Shown piece by piece: positions 43,351 through 58,649 of a DNA stretch of 64,000 nucleotides. The notes under the pieces were generated by a model, which saw only the letters and a list, made by a program, of their open reading frames with translations, made no database searches and was not told the origin of the DNA. The position numbers and the translations under genes are program-made. The stretch is from NCBI RefSeq assembly GCF_009914755.1, contig NC_060947.1. The stretch is one strand, 5' to 3'. Position 1 is the stretch's first letter; each line of letters opens with the position of its first letter. The DNA is from the human T2T-CHM13v2.0 reference genome, Homo sapiens.

Positions 43351-45089
43351 ACTACATAAGTTGTAAATATAAGGAATGTTGTCAGCAGTGAGACTAAGGA
43401 TCATTCCGAACTCAATAACATAAGCTGGAAGCAATATTTGCCAAATGTAATATAGTTTATATCAAGTTGCAATGAGTCCCTGGGAACTTAAAAACAGCTG
43501 TTATTTTCAAAATAGTGGGAACGTTTTGTGGAAAGTAAGTGGAAGAAATTCTGGTGAAAAAAACACAGACACATTAATTATTGTTCTATTTAGAGGGAAG
43601 AGTTGGAAGTGCAGATTCTTCCCACAAATTCCTTCCTCAAAAAACAAAGCAATAGCACTCCAGTGCTACAGAAGTAGTGCTACCAAAGAAAGTAAAACCA
43701 TGTATTGCATTTTTTAGTGTTTTATGACATGCATGTAAAAGGATTATAGACTAAAATGAGGTGGCAATCACTAAAGTAAAATAATGGACTGGGAAAAAAA
43801 GGTATGAGAGAAACAATAGAGTTTCATCAGAGACATTTTCATGGTGAAGGTAAATGTCAGTGAATGAAAGGCAAGTGTATGAGGAAAGTACACCTAGCCA
43901 AAGAAAACAAAGTGTTTACAAATTAATGTAACTATATCCAACCCAACTTTTTAACAACTTAGGCAGCTTACCTAAAAAGGAAGATTAAAAATTAAAGCCA
44001 AGAATTATTCCAGTGGGAAAATATATACTTAAAAAATGAAGCTGGTTCTAGATGTGAATATTTTCATAAGCTTAGAAAGAAAGCACAAGATAATGTTCTG
44101 ATTTCAGATAACTAAGACTTAGATCTTGCCAGCTACCTTCTTCTACTCCAGAAAACTGATTGACTAAACAGACAATAGAAGCCATCATCTCTGCCCTCCA
44201 GCATTAAGTATTTGATGGTCTCCAGATAAACAGGAAGGAGATCAACTGGAAATCATCAAAATTCTTAGGGAAGCAAAGAATGGATAGAACTATTCTATTC
44301 AAACACAAATGAAAACAAAATAGGACAAATAAAACCTGCAACTTTTTGGAAGGAAAAGTATTGCAGGAGAAATTGAATGAAGAACACATTCTGAAAGTTT
44401 TGTATGAGAAAACAGAATCACAGTTAGACAAAGATCACTTTAAACTTTTGAGGCAAGGAACATAAACTTCAAATATATAAAAATGAGAGGAAAAATTAAA
44501 AATAGATTAAGATACAAAGGAAGTAGTCATAGCTAAGATACAAAAAAGGGAAAAATTATCCCATAATAAAAATTTGAACATATTTTGAAGAATCAAGGCA
44601 CAGAAATAAAACTGTACAAAATGGAATCCATGATATTAAGATTCCTAGGATCCAGAGGAAAAGAAACACAAAGGTGATTAGAAGAAAGATTAACAGACAT
44701 GAAAGACAGAAAAGGCTGTTTTAACATAAAGTTGACTGGTGTGGTTGTGTGAGAGAATAGGATGACAGAGAAAAGGTTTCAAAAGCAAAGTGTGATATTG
44801 ATGTGAATAACCATCTTATTGTTCAGATAAAAATGATCATTATATGTTTATTATGTACCAAGAAACATTAATAAAAAGAACATAACAGCAGTACATGTTT
44901 GCATGAAATTATTTAAACACAGGATTAAGTTTTTAAATGTAAAAGGTCACAACAAAACTGCATGCAAAGGGCCATAACAAAATGGAATAAATTCTGCAAT
45001 AGTACAATAAAAAAAAAGTGAAAATTAGTAGCAGTTAAATAGCACCCCTTCCCAATTATCTATTTGGAAATTTTAAAAATAATACTCTT

Positions 45090-46625
45090 TCCTTCATTGC
45101 ATGAATATTTATGAGTATTAACACATCATGAAGTCTTCTAGATATTAAGAAAATAGCAGTAAACAAAAAAAGTAAAAAGATAAGCCTTTATTGAGTTTCT
45201 ATTCTATTGAAGGGAGAGAGACAATACAAGTCTCAACAAGTTAAATATATCATGTGTAAAATAATGATTAAGTGTTATGGAGAAGGGCAAAGCTGAGAAG
45301 GATAGGGAGTTTCAGCCGAGTGTGTGTGAGAGGAGGTGAGTATACAATTTTTTTTTTTTTTTTTTTGAGACGGAGACTCGCTCTATCACCCAGGCTGGAG
45401 TGCAGTGGCACTATCTCAGCTCACTGCAACCTCCGCCTCCTGGGTTTTAAGCAATTCTCTCTGCCTTAGCCTCCCAAGTAGCTGGGATTACAGTTGCCCA
45501 CCACCACGCCCGGCTAATATTTCTATTTTTAGTAGAGAGGGGGTTTTGCCATGTTGGCCAGGCTGGTCTTGAACTCCTGACCTCACGTGATCCACCCGCC
45601 TGGGCCTCCCAAAGTGCTGGGGTTATAGGCGTGAGCCACCACGCCCGGCTGAGTATACGATTTTAAATTAGGTGGGAGAAGACCTCCCAGAAAAGATGAC
45701 TGGAAAATGAGAGAGCGGGTAATGTAACTATCTGGGTAAAAGAACATTCTCAGAATAAGAAAAAGCTAGAGTAAATACCTGCAAATGCGAGTGAGTGTGC
45801 TTATTGCAGTCAAGGAAAATTGAGAAGGCCAGAGGGGTTGGAGCAGATTGATTCTGATAGAGGGTAGTGGTTGAAGTTAGAAAGGTAGGAGAAAGTAGGC
45901 ATCATGAAGGGCAGAAACTTTCAGATTGTAAGGATTTTGCATTTTGTTCTGCACCACATAGGAAGTCATCGGAAGAGTTTGAATAGAGGAGTAACGTGAT
46001 CTGATTTACATTTCTGAAAAATTCTTTCGACAGCTGTATCGAGATCACTGAACTCTACAAGTGGGAAGTAGGGAAAGTTGTTACGGGCTATTATGATGAT
46101 CCAGGCAAGAGGTGATGTTGACATAGAACAGGGTGTACAGTGGAAGTGATAAGATTGTAGATATATTTTTAAGGTTGAGGCAGTATGATTTGTTGATAGA
46201 TTGGATGAGCAGTATGAGGAAAGAGAGAGGAATAAAAATGATTCTAAGCATGAGCAACTTACAGTGATGAATTTGTAATTTACTCAGGTAAGAATGATTT
46301 GGGGACAAGTGTAATCTGGTGAAACTATCAGAAGTTGTTTTAGGTCGTATTAGATTTGATATGCCCAGTAACATCCAGGTAGAAATGTCAAGAAAATAAT
46401 GGTATAGTTGAATATACAAGTCTTGAGTTCAAGAGTGAGAACCAGGCTAGCAGTATATATTTTGAGATCAGTCAATGAATAGATGGCATTTTAAGCTATG
46501 GACTGAATAGAAGTATAGATAGAAAATAGATGGTTATAGGTCTTGGAGATTAGAAGGAACCAATAATGGGGTGAGAGAAGGAATGGCCAGTGAGGTAGAA
46601 CAACTAGGAGAATATGTTATCTTAG
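45090..46625 (-). mobile_element. L2 fragment interrupted by an Alu
   Basis: 'gaagagtttgaatagaggagtaacgtgatctgatttacattt' and 'gatgatccaggcaagaggtgatg' antisense L2 motifs. Confidence 0.75.
45348..45649 (-). mobile_element. AluS; TSD TGAGTATAC(A/G)ATTT
   Basis: Antisense dimeric Alu, poly-T, matching flanks. Confidence 0.95.
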
Positions 46626-46649
46626 ATACTAATCTAAGTAACTCTTGGG

Positions 46650-48700
<2,051 letters not shown>

Positions 48701-49020
48701 TTTTTAAATGAGCCCATTAAAATCAAGAGATCAAGAAAGTTTATGTGCACTGATTTTCTCATCTTTGGTAATGGGCAGTAAATAAGTAAGTGACCTCTCA
48801 AAGATTGCCCAATGTAGCATAAACTACCTGTGGTATTATAATAGAATAATGATTTACAACAGCAGAAGTATTACAACACTGAAACAGAGAACAAATAACG
48901 TAAAATCCATTAAAAGAGAAAGCGTTCTATAAAATAAGGTAAAAAGATCAAACATCTATAACTTTAATAAGTATTGTGAGGATAACTCTGCCTATTAGCT
49001 AAAATAGCTATGTGTAAAAT

Positions 49021-49250
49021 AATGATTTTATTTTATTAATGATAAATAATAAATAAATGATAAATAATTTTATTTTATTTTATAAATTTTATTTATAAAA
49101 TTTTATTAATTTTATTTTATTAATTTTATTTAATTAATTTTATTTTAAAATTTAATAAAATTAAATTTTATTAATTTAATTTTATTTTATTAATGATTTT
49201 ATTTTATTAATAATTTTATTAATATATTAATATATAATAATTATTAATAA
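49021..49250. repeat. AT-rich low-complexity expansion (ttttattaataat-like units)
   Basis: About 230 bp almost devoid of G/C with recurring 'attttattttattaat'. Confidence 0.9.
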
Positions 49251-49414
49251 GAGAAAAAGGCTCCTATAGTTCATAGACAAGAGTACTGTATTTGTAAAAC
49301 ATGGTGACTTAGAATGGTTGAAAGTTAAACAATGGATAAATAAAAAATAATTAAAACAGTAGAAAGTCGAGCTTGCACATGAACAAATATTTGAATTCTT
49401 GGCAAGAATCATTA

Positions 49415-49658
49415 TGTATGTATTAGTTTGCTAGAGCTACGAAAATAAAATGACACAAACTAGGTGGCTTACACAACAGAAATTTATTTTCTCATCGTTC
49501 TGGAGGCTAGAAATCCAAGATCAAGGTGTCGGCTAATTTTGTTTCTCCTGATACCTTTCCCCTGATCTTGCAGATGACTGCCTTCTTGCTGTACTCACAT
49601 GGCCTTTTCTCTGTGCATGCATGCCCCTGATGTCTCTTCTTCTTATATGTACACCAGT
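49415..49658 (-). mobile_element. MLT1B/C-like LTR fragment
   Basis: 'aaactaggtggcttacacaacagaaatttattttctcatcgttctggaggctagaaatccaagatcaaggtgtc'. Confidence 0.85.
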
Positions 49659-49795
49659 TGGTTAGCGGATATGAACATACAGTTAGATAAAACTAATAAG
49701 TTATAGTATCAACAGTACAGTAGGAAAATTATAGTTAACAATAATTCATTGTATATTTCAAAATAGCTAGAAGAGAAGAATTGTAACGTTCCCAA
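49659..49795 (+). mobile_element. L1MA 3'UTR fragment cut by LTR12
   Basis: 'atagttaacaataattcattgtatatttcaaaatagctagaagagaagaattgtaacgttcccaa'. Confidence 0.75.
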
Positions 49796-50622
49796 TGAGA
49801 GGTGACAGCATGCTGGCAGCCCTCGCAGCCCTCGCTCGTTCTTGGCGCCTCCTCGGCCTTGGTGCCCACTCTGGCCACGCTTGAGGAGCCCTTCAGCCCG
49901 CTGCTGCACTGTGGGAGCCCCTTCCTGGGATGGCCGAGGCTGGAGCCGGCTCCCTCAGCCTGCGGGGAGGTGTGGAGGGAGAGGCACCGGCGGGAACCGG
50001 GGATGGGTGTGGCGCTTGCGGGCCAGTTAGAGTTCTGGGTGGGCGTGGGGTTAGCGGGCCCCACACTCAGAGCAGCGGGCCAGCCCCGCTGGCCCTGGGC
50101 AGTGAGGGGCTTAACACCTGGGCCAGCAGCTGCAGAGGGTGCGCCAGGTCCCCCAGCAGTGCAGGCCCCCTGGCACTGCGTTTGACTTCTTGCTGGGCCT
50201 TAGCTGCCTCCCCATGGAGCAGGGCTTGGGACCTGCAGCCCACCATGCCTGAGCCTCCACCCTGTGCCCCCCGCGGTGGGCTTCTGCACAGCCCGAGCCT
50301 CCCCAACAAGTGCCACCCCTGCTCCACGGAACCTGGTCCAGTCGACCGCCCAAGGGCTGAGGAGTGCGGGAGCACAGCGCAGGACTGGCAGGCAGCTCCA
50401 ACTGCGGCCCCAGTGCGGGATCCACTGGGTGAAGCCAGCTAGGCTCCTGAGTCTGGTGGGGACTTGGAGAACCTTTGTGTCTAGCTAGGGGATTGTAAAT
50501 ACACCAATCAGCACCCTGTATCTAGCTCAAGGTTTGTAAACACACCAATCAGCAACCTGTGTCTAGCTCAGGGTTTGTGGATGCACCAATTGGCACTCTG
50601 TATCTAGCTAATCTAGTGGGGA
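49796..50622 (+). mobile_element. LTR12 (ERV9) LTR, C/D/E-type, 3'-truncated in the U3 repeats
   Basis: Canonical start TGAGAGGTGACAGC(A)TGCTGGCAG, GC/CpG-rich U3, three approximately 41-bp CCAAT-containing repeats 'acaccaatcagcaccctgtatctagctc'. Confidence 0.93.
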
Positions 50623-51115
50623 GAAAGGAGAAAACCAGTGAGTGACTTCAGCCATCAACATTGCCTGCAACATCCTGGCTAACCAGGAGGTCCTGAGTCT
50701 GTCCACGTAATCAGTTCACTAATATTACAAAGAGCATTCAAGAAAACCAGAACACTAAGGTGATCTATAACCAAGAAATCTCACAGAGTCTATGTCATTC
50801 CTTTGCTGCCCCCATCAGAGCTGGTGCAGATACTCACCACTAGGAAAACTTGAGGAGAGGTCATATTACTGGATCCCTAGCAGACATTCCACAGCACCAG
50901 CATGGAGTGTGGCAGCTCCACTGGATGGCTAGACCCAGAAGAGCAATAGTGATCACTGTAGTCTGGCTCTCAGGAACTCCTACTTTTAGGGAAATGGGGA
51001 GAGCACCACATCAAGGGAACACCTCATGGAACAAATAAATCTGATGGCAGACCTTAAGTCCCATATCTTTCTGCTGGTGGAAAGTTTCTATCAGCAGAGA
51101 CACAATTGCAGTGCT
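50623..51115 (+). mobile_element. L1PB-type 5'UTR internal fragment
   Basis: Similar to 7120-7430 of this window ('ctagacccagaagagcaatagtgatcactgtagtctggctctcaggaa', 'caccacatcaagggaacac'). Confidence 0.8.
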
Positions 51116-51119
51116 GCTC

Positions 51120-53432
51120 TGGCGAGCAGCCACGGTGGAAAGGACCTCAGACCGTCATCCTGACCACCCCCACGGCTGTAAAGGTAGAAGGAATCCCAGC
51201 CTGGATCCACCACAGCTGTGTGAAACCAGCAGCCGCTGAAACCTGGGAGGGAAAACCGAGCCTGGACAACCCCTGCTAAGTGACTCTGAGGAGGACAACA
51301 AGCCCTGCTCCAGTCACACCCGGAAGGTGACTGGTCTACGCACGGCCAAAGCATGAGGAGAATCATCACGGGACTCATTTTCCTTATAATTTCGACTTGT
51401 ATAGTAAAAACTTCCACTGATTTTCCCCACATGGAGGACTGCTCTCAGTGTATACATCAGGTTACCTAGGTAGGGCAAGAAGTTAAAACAATCTTTCTGT
51501 TCTATAGTTACTATGAATGCTTAAGAACTTTAAAAGGAACATGTTTATATAATGACACTCAGTACAAGGAATGTAGCCCAGAAAACGACTGACCAGATGT
51601 GTGTTATGACCCCTCTGAGCTTCCCATGTCGACAGTTTTTGAAATAAGATTAAGGACTGAAGACTGGTGGGGACTCATAAATGATACTAGTAAAGTATTA
51701 GCCAGAACAGAAGAAAGAGGGGTGCCCAAATGCATAATCTTGAAATTTGATGCCTGTGCTGTCATTAATAGCAATAAGTTAGGAAGGGGATGTGGCTCTT
51801 TTAGTTGGCAAAAATGCTATATGACCAAAAATAAGTACATTTGTCATGAATTAGGACTGTCTGGAAACAAATGTGGATACTAGTCTTGTGTCATTTGGGC
51901 CACTTGGATAAAAAAAATGAAAAGGATCCAGTCCACCTTCAGAAAGGACAAAAATGGCCCTTCCTGTAATAAGGGCCAATGTAACCCCTTAGAGCTAGTA
52001 ATAACCAATCCCCTTGATCCTCTCTGGAAAAAAGGGGAGCGTGTGACCTTAGGAATCGATGGGGCCAGACTGGATCCTTGAGTAAATATCTTGGTTCGAG
52101 GAGAAGTTTACAAACACTCTCCTGAGCCAGTGTTTCAAACTTTCTATGATGAATTGAATGTGCCAGTACCAGAAATTCCAGGAAAGACAAGAAATTTGTT
52201 TTTGCAGTTAGCCGAGCATGTAGCCCAGTCTCTCAATGTCACTTAATGTTATGTATATGCAGGAACTGTAATGGGAGATCAATGGCCATGGGAAGCAAGA
52301 GAATTAGTACCTACAGACCCAGTTCCTGATGACTTTCCAGCTCAAAAGAATCACCCTGATAATTTCTGGGTCCTAAAAGCCTCTATTATTGGACAATATT
52401 GCATAGCTAGAGAAGGAAAAGAATTCACTCACCCCATAGGATGACTTAGTTGTCTGGGACAGAAACTGTGTAATGGTACCACAAAAACAGTCACTTGGTG
52501 GAGTTCAAATCACACAGAGAGGAATCCATTTAGTAAATTCCCAAAGTTGCAAACCGTGTGGACCCACCCGGAGTCCCATAGAGACTGGACAGCCCCCACT
52601 GGATTATACTGGATATGTGGGCATAGAGCTTATGCCGAATTACCTGACCAGTGGGCAGGTAGTTGTGTTATTGGCACTATTAAACCATGTTTCTTCCTAC
52701 TGCCCATAAAAACAGGCGAACTCCTGGGCTTTCCTGTTTATGCTTCCCGCAAAAAGAGAAGCATAGCTATAGGAAATTGGAAAGATGATGAATGGCCCCC
52801 TGAGAGAATCATACAATATTATGGGCCTGCTACTTGGGCACAAGATGGCTTGTGGGGATACCGGACCCCCATTTACATGATCAACCGAATCATATGGTTA
52901 CAAGCTGCCTTAGAAATAATCACTAATAAAACCGGCAGAGCTTGACTATTCTAGCCCGGCAAGAAACTCAGATGAGAAATGCTGTCTATCAAAATAGATT
53001 GGCTCTCAACTACTCGCTAGCAGCTGAAGGAGGGGTCTGTGGGAAAGTTAACCTTACTAATTGCTGTCTACACATTGATAATCAAGGGCAAATAGTTGAA
53101 GACATAGAGATATGACAAAACTGGCACATATGTCTGTGCAAGTGTGTCATGGATTTGATCCTGGGGCCATGTTTGGAAAATGGTTCCCAGTGCTAGGAGG
53201 ATTTAAAACTCTTATAATAGGAGTTATAATAGTAATGCTGCTTACTGCTCCCTTGTTTGCTACCTGTACTTCTTCAAATGATAAAAAGCTTCATCGCTAC
53301 CTTAGTTCACCACAATGCTTCAGCACAAGTGTACTATATGAATCACTATCAATCTGTCTTGCAAGAAAACATGGGTAGTGAGAATGAAAGTGAGAACTCC
53401 CACTATTCAGTGAGATTCTCAAAGGGAGGGAA
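51120..53432 (+). mobile_element. Class I ERV internal 3' part (Harlequin-like): integrase C-terminus plus defective ERV3/HERV-IP-type env (ATG 51353 to about 53410)
   Basis: [27 protein letters not shown]; furin site RKKR 52748-52759; [24 protein letters not shown]; ISU-like [27 protein letters not shown]; multiple stops and frameshifts; polypurine tract before the LTR. Confidence 0.9.
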
Positions 53433-53893
53433 TAAGGGAGGAGACAACTCCTCATATTGTCTTATGCCCAATTTCTGCCTCCAAAGAAAGAAGAAGTAAA
53501 AACTAAAAGGCAGAAATGAACCACAAGCAAACAGCCCAGAGCCACACCCTGGGCCTGGTAGTTAAGGATCGACCCCTGACCTAATTGGTTATGTTATCTA
53601 TAGATCACAGACATTGTATAGAAAAGCACTGTGAAAATCCCCGTTCTGTTCTGTTCCATTCTAATTACCGGTGCATGCAGCCCCCAGTCCTGTAACCCCT
53701 GCTTGCTCAATCGATCATGACCTTCTCACACAAAGTGCCTTAGAGTTGTAAGCCCTTAAAAGGGACAGGAATTGCTCGCCCGGGGAGCTCGGTTGTTGGA
53801 GATGTGAGTCTTGCCAAACCTCCCAGCTGAATAAAGCCCTTCCTTCTTTAACTCAGTGTCTGAGGGGTTTTGTCTGTGGCTTGTCCTGCTACA
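53433..53893 (+). mobile_element. LTR2-family 3' LTR (HERV-E/Harlequin)
   Basis: TAAGGGAGGAGAC..CTCATATTGTCTTATGCCCAATTTCTGCCTCC ... AATAAA ... GTCCTGCTACA. Confidence 0.85.
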
Positions 53894-56858
53894 TTACAAG
53901 ATAGAAGAGATTGGGGCCCTATCTTTGGCCTCCTTAAACAGAATAATTGTCAGCCAGGAATTTTGTATTCAGCAAAACTAGGTTTTAAAAATGAAGGGGA
54001 AATAAAACCATTTTAAGACAAGCATATGCTGAGGGAATTTGCCACTACCAAGCTAGCACTACAAGGAAAGCTAAAAGGAGTTCAAAATCTTAAAACAAAA
54101 GTTTGATATGCACCACAATAGAACCTCTTGAAAGCATAAAAAAATCACAGGGCCTATAAAACAATAGCACAGAAACCGTTAAAAAAAATCTAGGGAACAG
54201 CTAACATGATGGATAGAACAGTACCTCACATCGCAATATTAATGTTGATTTCAAATGGCCTAAATACTCCACTTCAAAGACACAGATGGCAGAATGGGTG
54301 AAACATCACAAAGCAAATGTCTGCTGTCTTTAAGAGACTCACCGAACACTTAAGGATTCATATAAACTCAAAGTAAAGTTGTGGATAAAGATATTCCAAG
54401 CAAATAGAAATCAAAAGAGAGCAGAAATAGCTATTCTTATATCAGACAAAACACACTTTAAAGCAACAACAGTAAAGAAAAAGACAAAGGAAGTCATTAT
54501 ATAATGAGGTATTTAATGAGAAAAGTATCAATCCAACTAAAAATTACAATCCTAAGTTTATATGCACCTAACACTGAAGCTCTCAGATTAATAAAACAGT
54601 TACTACTATGCCTAAGACATGAGATAGAGAGAAAGACAATAACAGTGAGGGACTTCAATACTCCAGTGGCAGCATTAGAGAGATTATTGAGACAGAAAAT
54701 CAACAAAGAAAAAGTGGACTTAAATTATACATTAGAACAGATAGACTTAACAGATATTTACAGAACATTCTATCCAATAAGTGCAGAATACACATTCTTC
54801 TCATCAGCACATAGTACATTCTTCAAGACAGACCACATAGTAGGTCACAAGACAAGTGTCAATAAATTTAAGAAAATCACAGTTATATCAATTATCTTCT
54901 CAGACCACAGTGGAATAAAACTAGAAATCAATTCCAAAAGGAACCCTCAAAACTATAAAAATACATGAAAATAAAATAATCTATTCCTGAATGATTTTGC
55001 AGTTAACAATGAAATCAAAATAGAAATTAAAATTATTTGATATAAATTATAATAGTGACAGAAGTTATCCTCTAGGATACAGCAGAAGCAGTGCTAAGAG
55101 GAAAGTTCATAGTGTTTACTGCCTACATCAAAAAGTCTGAAACAGCACAAATTGACAACTTAACATCACATCTCAAGAAACTAGAGAAACAGGAACAAAC
55201 TAAACACAAAGCCAGCAGAAGAAATAACAAAGATCAGAGGATAACTAAATGAAAATGAAACAAAAGTACAAAAATAAATGCAACAAAAAGCTGGCTCTTT
55301 GAAAAGATAAACACAATTGATAGACCATTAGCAAGATTAACCAAGAAAAGAAAAGAGAAGATGTAAATAAGCTCAATTAGAAATGAAACTGGAGACAATA
55401 CTACCAATACCACAGAAATAAAAGAGATATTTCAAGACCACTATGAACACCTCTATCTATACACAAACTAGAAAATTTGGAGAAAATAAATAAATTCCTA
55501 GAAATGTATAGCGTTCCTAGATGAAATCAGGAAGAAATGTAAATACTGAAAAGACTAATAACCAACTGTGAAATTGAATCATTAATTTAAAAATTGCCAA
55601 CAAATAAAGGCACAGGAACAGACAGATTCACAGTTGAATTCTACCAGAAATTTAAAGAAGAATGTCTATCAATCTTATTGAAACTATTCCAAAATATTGA
55701 GAAAGAAGAAATCCTCCTTTAATCGTTCTATAAATCCAGTATCACCCTAAAACTCAAACAAGGAATGAATATAAAAAAATGAAAAGGACAAACCAATGCC
55801 CCTAATTAACATAGATGCAAGAATCCTCAGCAAAACACTAGCTAACCAAATCTAGGAGCACATCAAAAAGATAATACATAACAATCAAGTGAGTTTCATC
55901 CCAGGGATGCAAGGACTGTTTAACATACACAAGTCGATAAATGTGACATATTACATAAACAGAATTAAAAACAAAAACCATATGATCATTTCAATAGATA
56001 CAGAAAAGGCATTTGATTAAATCCAGCATCCCTTTATAATAAAAACCCTCAATAAACTAGGCACAGAAGAGACCTCAAAATAATAAAAGCCATATATGAC
56101 AAACCTACAGACAACATCATACTGAATGGGAAAAAGTTGAAACCATTCCCCTTGAGAACTGAAACAAGACAAGGATGCCCACTTTCACCACCCCTATTCA
56201 ACTAGTACTGGAAGTCCTAGACAGCAATTGGGCAAGAGAAAGAAATAAACGGCATTCGAATTGGAATAGAGAAAGTCAAACTAGTGCTGTTTGCTAATAA
56301 TATGACTGTATACCTAGAAAACCCTAAAGGCTCATCCAAAAGACTTCTAGATCCAGTAAACAAATTCAGTAAAGTCTTGGGTTACAAAATTTAAGTACAC
56401 AAATCCGTAGCACTGCTATACACTAACAATCAAGCTGAAAATAAAATTAAGAACTCAATTTCTTTTATAATAGCTGCAAGAAAAGTAAAATACCTAGGAA
56501 TATACTTAACCAAGGAGGTGAAAGTTCACTACAAAGATAACTACAAAACATTGCTAAAAGAAAACAGATGACACGAACAAATGGAAACACAGCCCAAGCT
56601 CATAGATGGGAAGAATCAATATTGTGAAAGTGACTATACTGCCCAAAGCAATCTATAGATTCAACGCAATTTTTTTTTCAAAATAGCAGCATTTTTTTTG
56701 TGTGTGGAACTAGAGAAAACAATCCTAAAATTCATATGGAACCAAAAAGAGCCCGATTACCCAAAGCAATACTCATCAAAAGGAACAAAGCTGGAGGCAT
56801 CACATCACTAGACTTAATATTACACTACAAGGTTATAGTTACAAATACAGCATGGTAC

Positions 56859-57637
56859 TGAGAGGAGTTGGCTAGCTTGCCTTATGTAGACATCAAAGGA
56901 AAGGTCCCTAGAGAGCCCCCTGCCCATGGGTCAGTGCCTTATGCCCATGCAACATAAAAAGAAGCCTGGGAAAAAAGTCAAGCTGCGGGCACTGATAAGG
57001 GAACTAGCACAGGGGGTTGTGCCTGGAGACATGGCCGCAGCTGCTCAGATAGCAGGACCTCCAGCCTATTCAGACAAAAATTTTCACAAACCTCCAGCTC
57101 ACTCAGATAAAAGAACAAGGCCTGACATAGAAAGGTTTTTGTCCTTTGTATAATCAGCGAGCTTCCAGGAAAAAGTTTCTTCTCCTTTTGTGAGCATGAA
57201 CATAGTGGGCTCTGGTCGATTCCGGTGGGCACTTTTCTTTCCTTTTTTAGATTGTGAGCCCAGGCTCTATGAATCATCACTTCAGCCCATGATTGGTCCC
57301 AAGCCAAGGTCCAGGGCTAAGCTTTCAGATTGGTCCCAGGCCAAGGCCCTGGGGCAAGCTGAGTCACGTGTTCTCCAAGATAGCCCACAGACTAAGCACA
57401 TTCCTTTCCCTTCCCAGTCCATAAAAACCCTGGACTCTAGCCTCATAGGGAGCAACCCATTTGGGCCCCCTTCTCCACTGGTGGAGAGCTTTCTTCTTTT
57501 GCTTTTCAAATTTTCACTCCAACCTCACCCTTGTGTCCGTGCTCCTTAATCTTCTTGGATGTAAGACAAAGAAATATGGTTATTATCTCAGATAATGAGA
57601 GACTGTTACACATTGGTGCACTGGCAAGACTACAACA
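56859..57637 (+). mobile_element. Solo ERV1 LTR (MER50-like) in L1 ORF2; 4-bp TSD GTAC/GTGC
   Basis: TG...CA ends; splits L1 'acagcatggtac|tggtataaa'; ATAAAA TATA-like box about 57421. Confidence 0.8.
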
Positions 57638-58649
57638 GTGCTGGTATAAAGAATAGGCACTTAGACGAAGGGAACAGAATGGAGAACGCAGAAATAAAGC
57701 AAAATACCTACAGACAACTGATCTTTGGCAAAGCATACAAAAACATAAATTAGGGAAAAGATACCCTGTTCAATAAATGGTACTGGAAAGACTGACAAGC
57801 CACATGTGGAAGAATGATACTGGGTCCCCCATCTATCACCTTTTACAAAAATCAACTCAAGATGAGTCAAAGATTTAAATCTGAAACCATAAAAATTCTA
57901 GAAGGTGTTGGGAAAACTCTTCTGAACATGGGCTTCATCAAAGAATCCATGAATAAGACTCCAAAAGCAAATGCAGGAACAAAAAACAAACAAATGTAAA
58001 CTAATTAAACTAAAAAGCTTCTGCACAGCAAAAGGAATAATCAACATATTATACAGACAACCCACAGAATAGGAGACAATATTTGCAAACTATGCAACTA
58101 ACAAAAGACTAATATCCAGTATCAACAAGGAACTCAAATTAGCAAGAAAAAAAAAACCAAAACAAATAATTACATCAAAAAGTGAGCAAATGACATGAAT
58201 AGACATTTCTCAAAAGAAAATATGCAAACAGACAAAAAAATTTGAAAAAAGGCTTAACAGTACATCAGGGAAATGCAAATTAAAACCATGAGGTACTACC
58301 TTACTCCAGCAAGAATGGCCATAATTAAAAAGTCAAAAAACAATAGATGTTGGCATGAATGTGGTGTAAAGGGAACACTTTTACACTGCTGGTAGGGATG
58401 TAAATTAATACAACCTCTATGAAAAATAGTATAGAAATTATTTAAACACCTAAAAGTAGATCTATCATTTGATCCAGCAATCTCACTACTGGGTGTCTAC
58501 CCAAACAAAAAGAAGTAATTTTATAAAAAGGACACAGGCATACATGTTTATAGCAGCACAACTCACAATTGCAAAGAAATGAATAGATAAATAAAATGTG
58601 GTATATATACACCATGTAACACTACTCAGCCATAAAAAGAAATGAAATA

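Noticed and set aside
49709-50488. Cluster of overlapping 100-170 aa ORFs on both strands
   Set aside because: By-product of GC-rich LTR12 U3 sequence with few stop codons
50500-50615. Regularly spaced repeats of about 41 bp (CRISPR-like)
   Set aside because: Known tandem U3 repeats of LTR12, no unique spacers, eukaryotic context
51353-53410. Possible co-opted env (syncytin-like) gene
   Set aside because: Early stop near 51467 plus further stops and frameshifts; longest piece 132 aa
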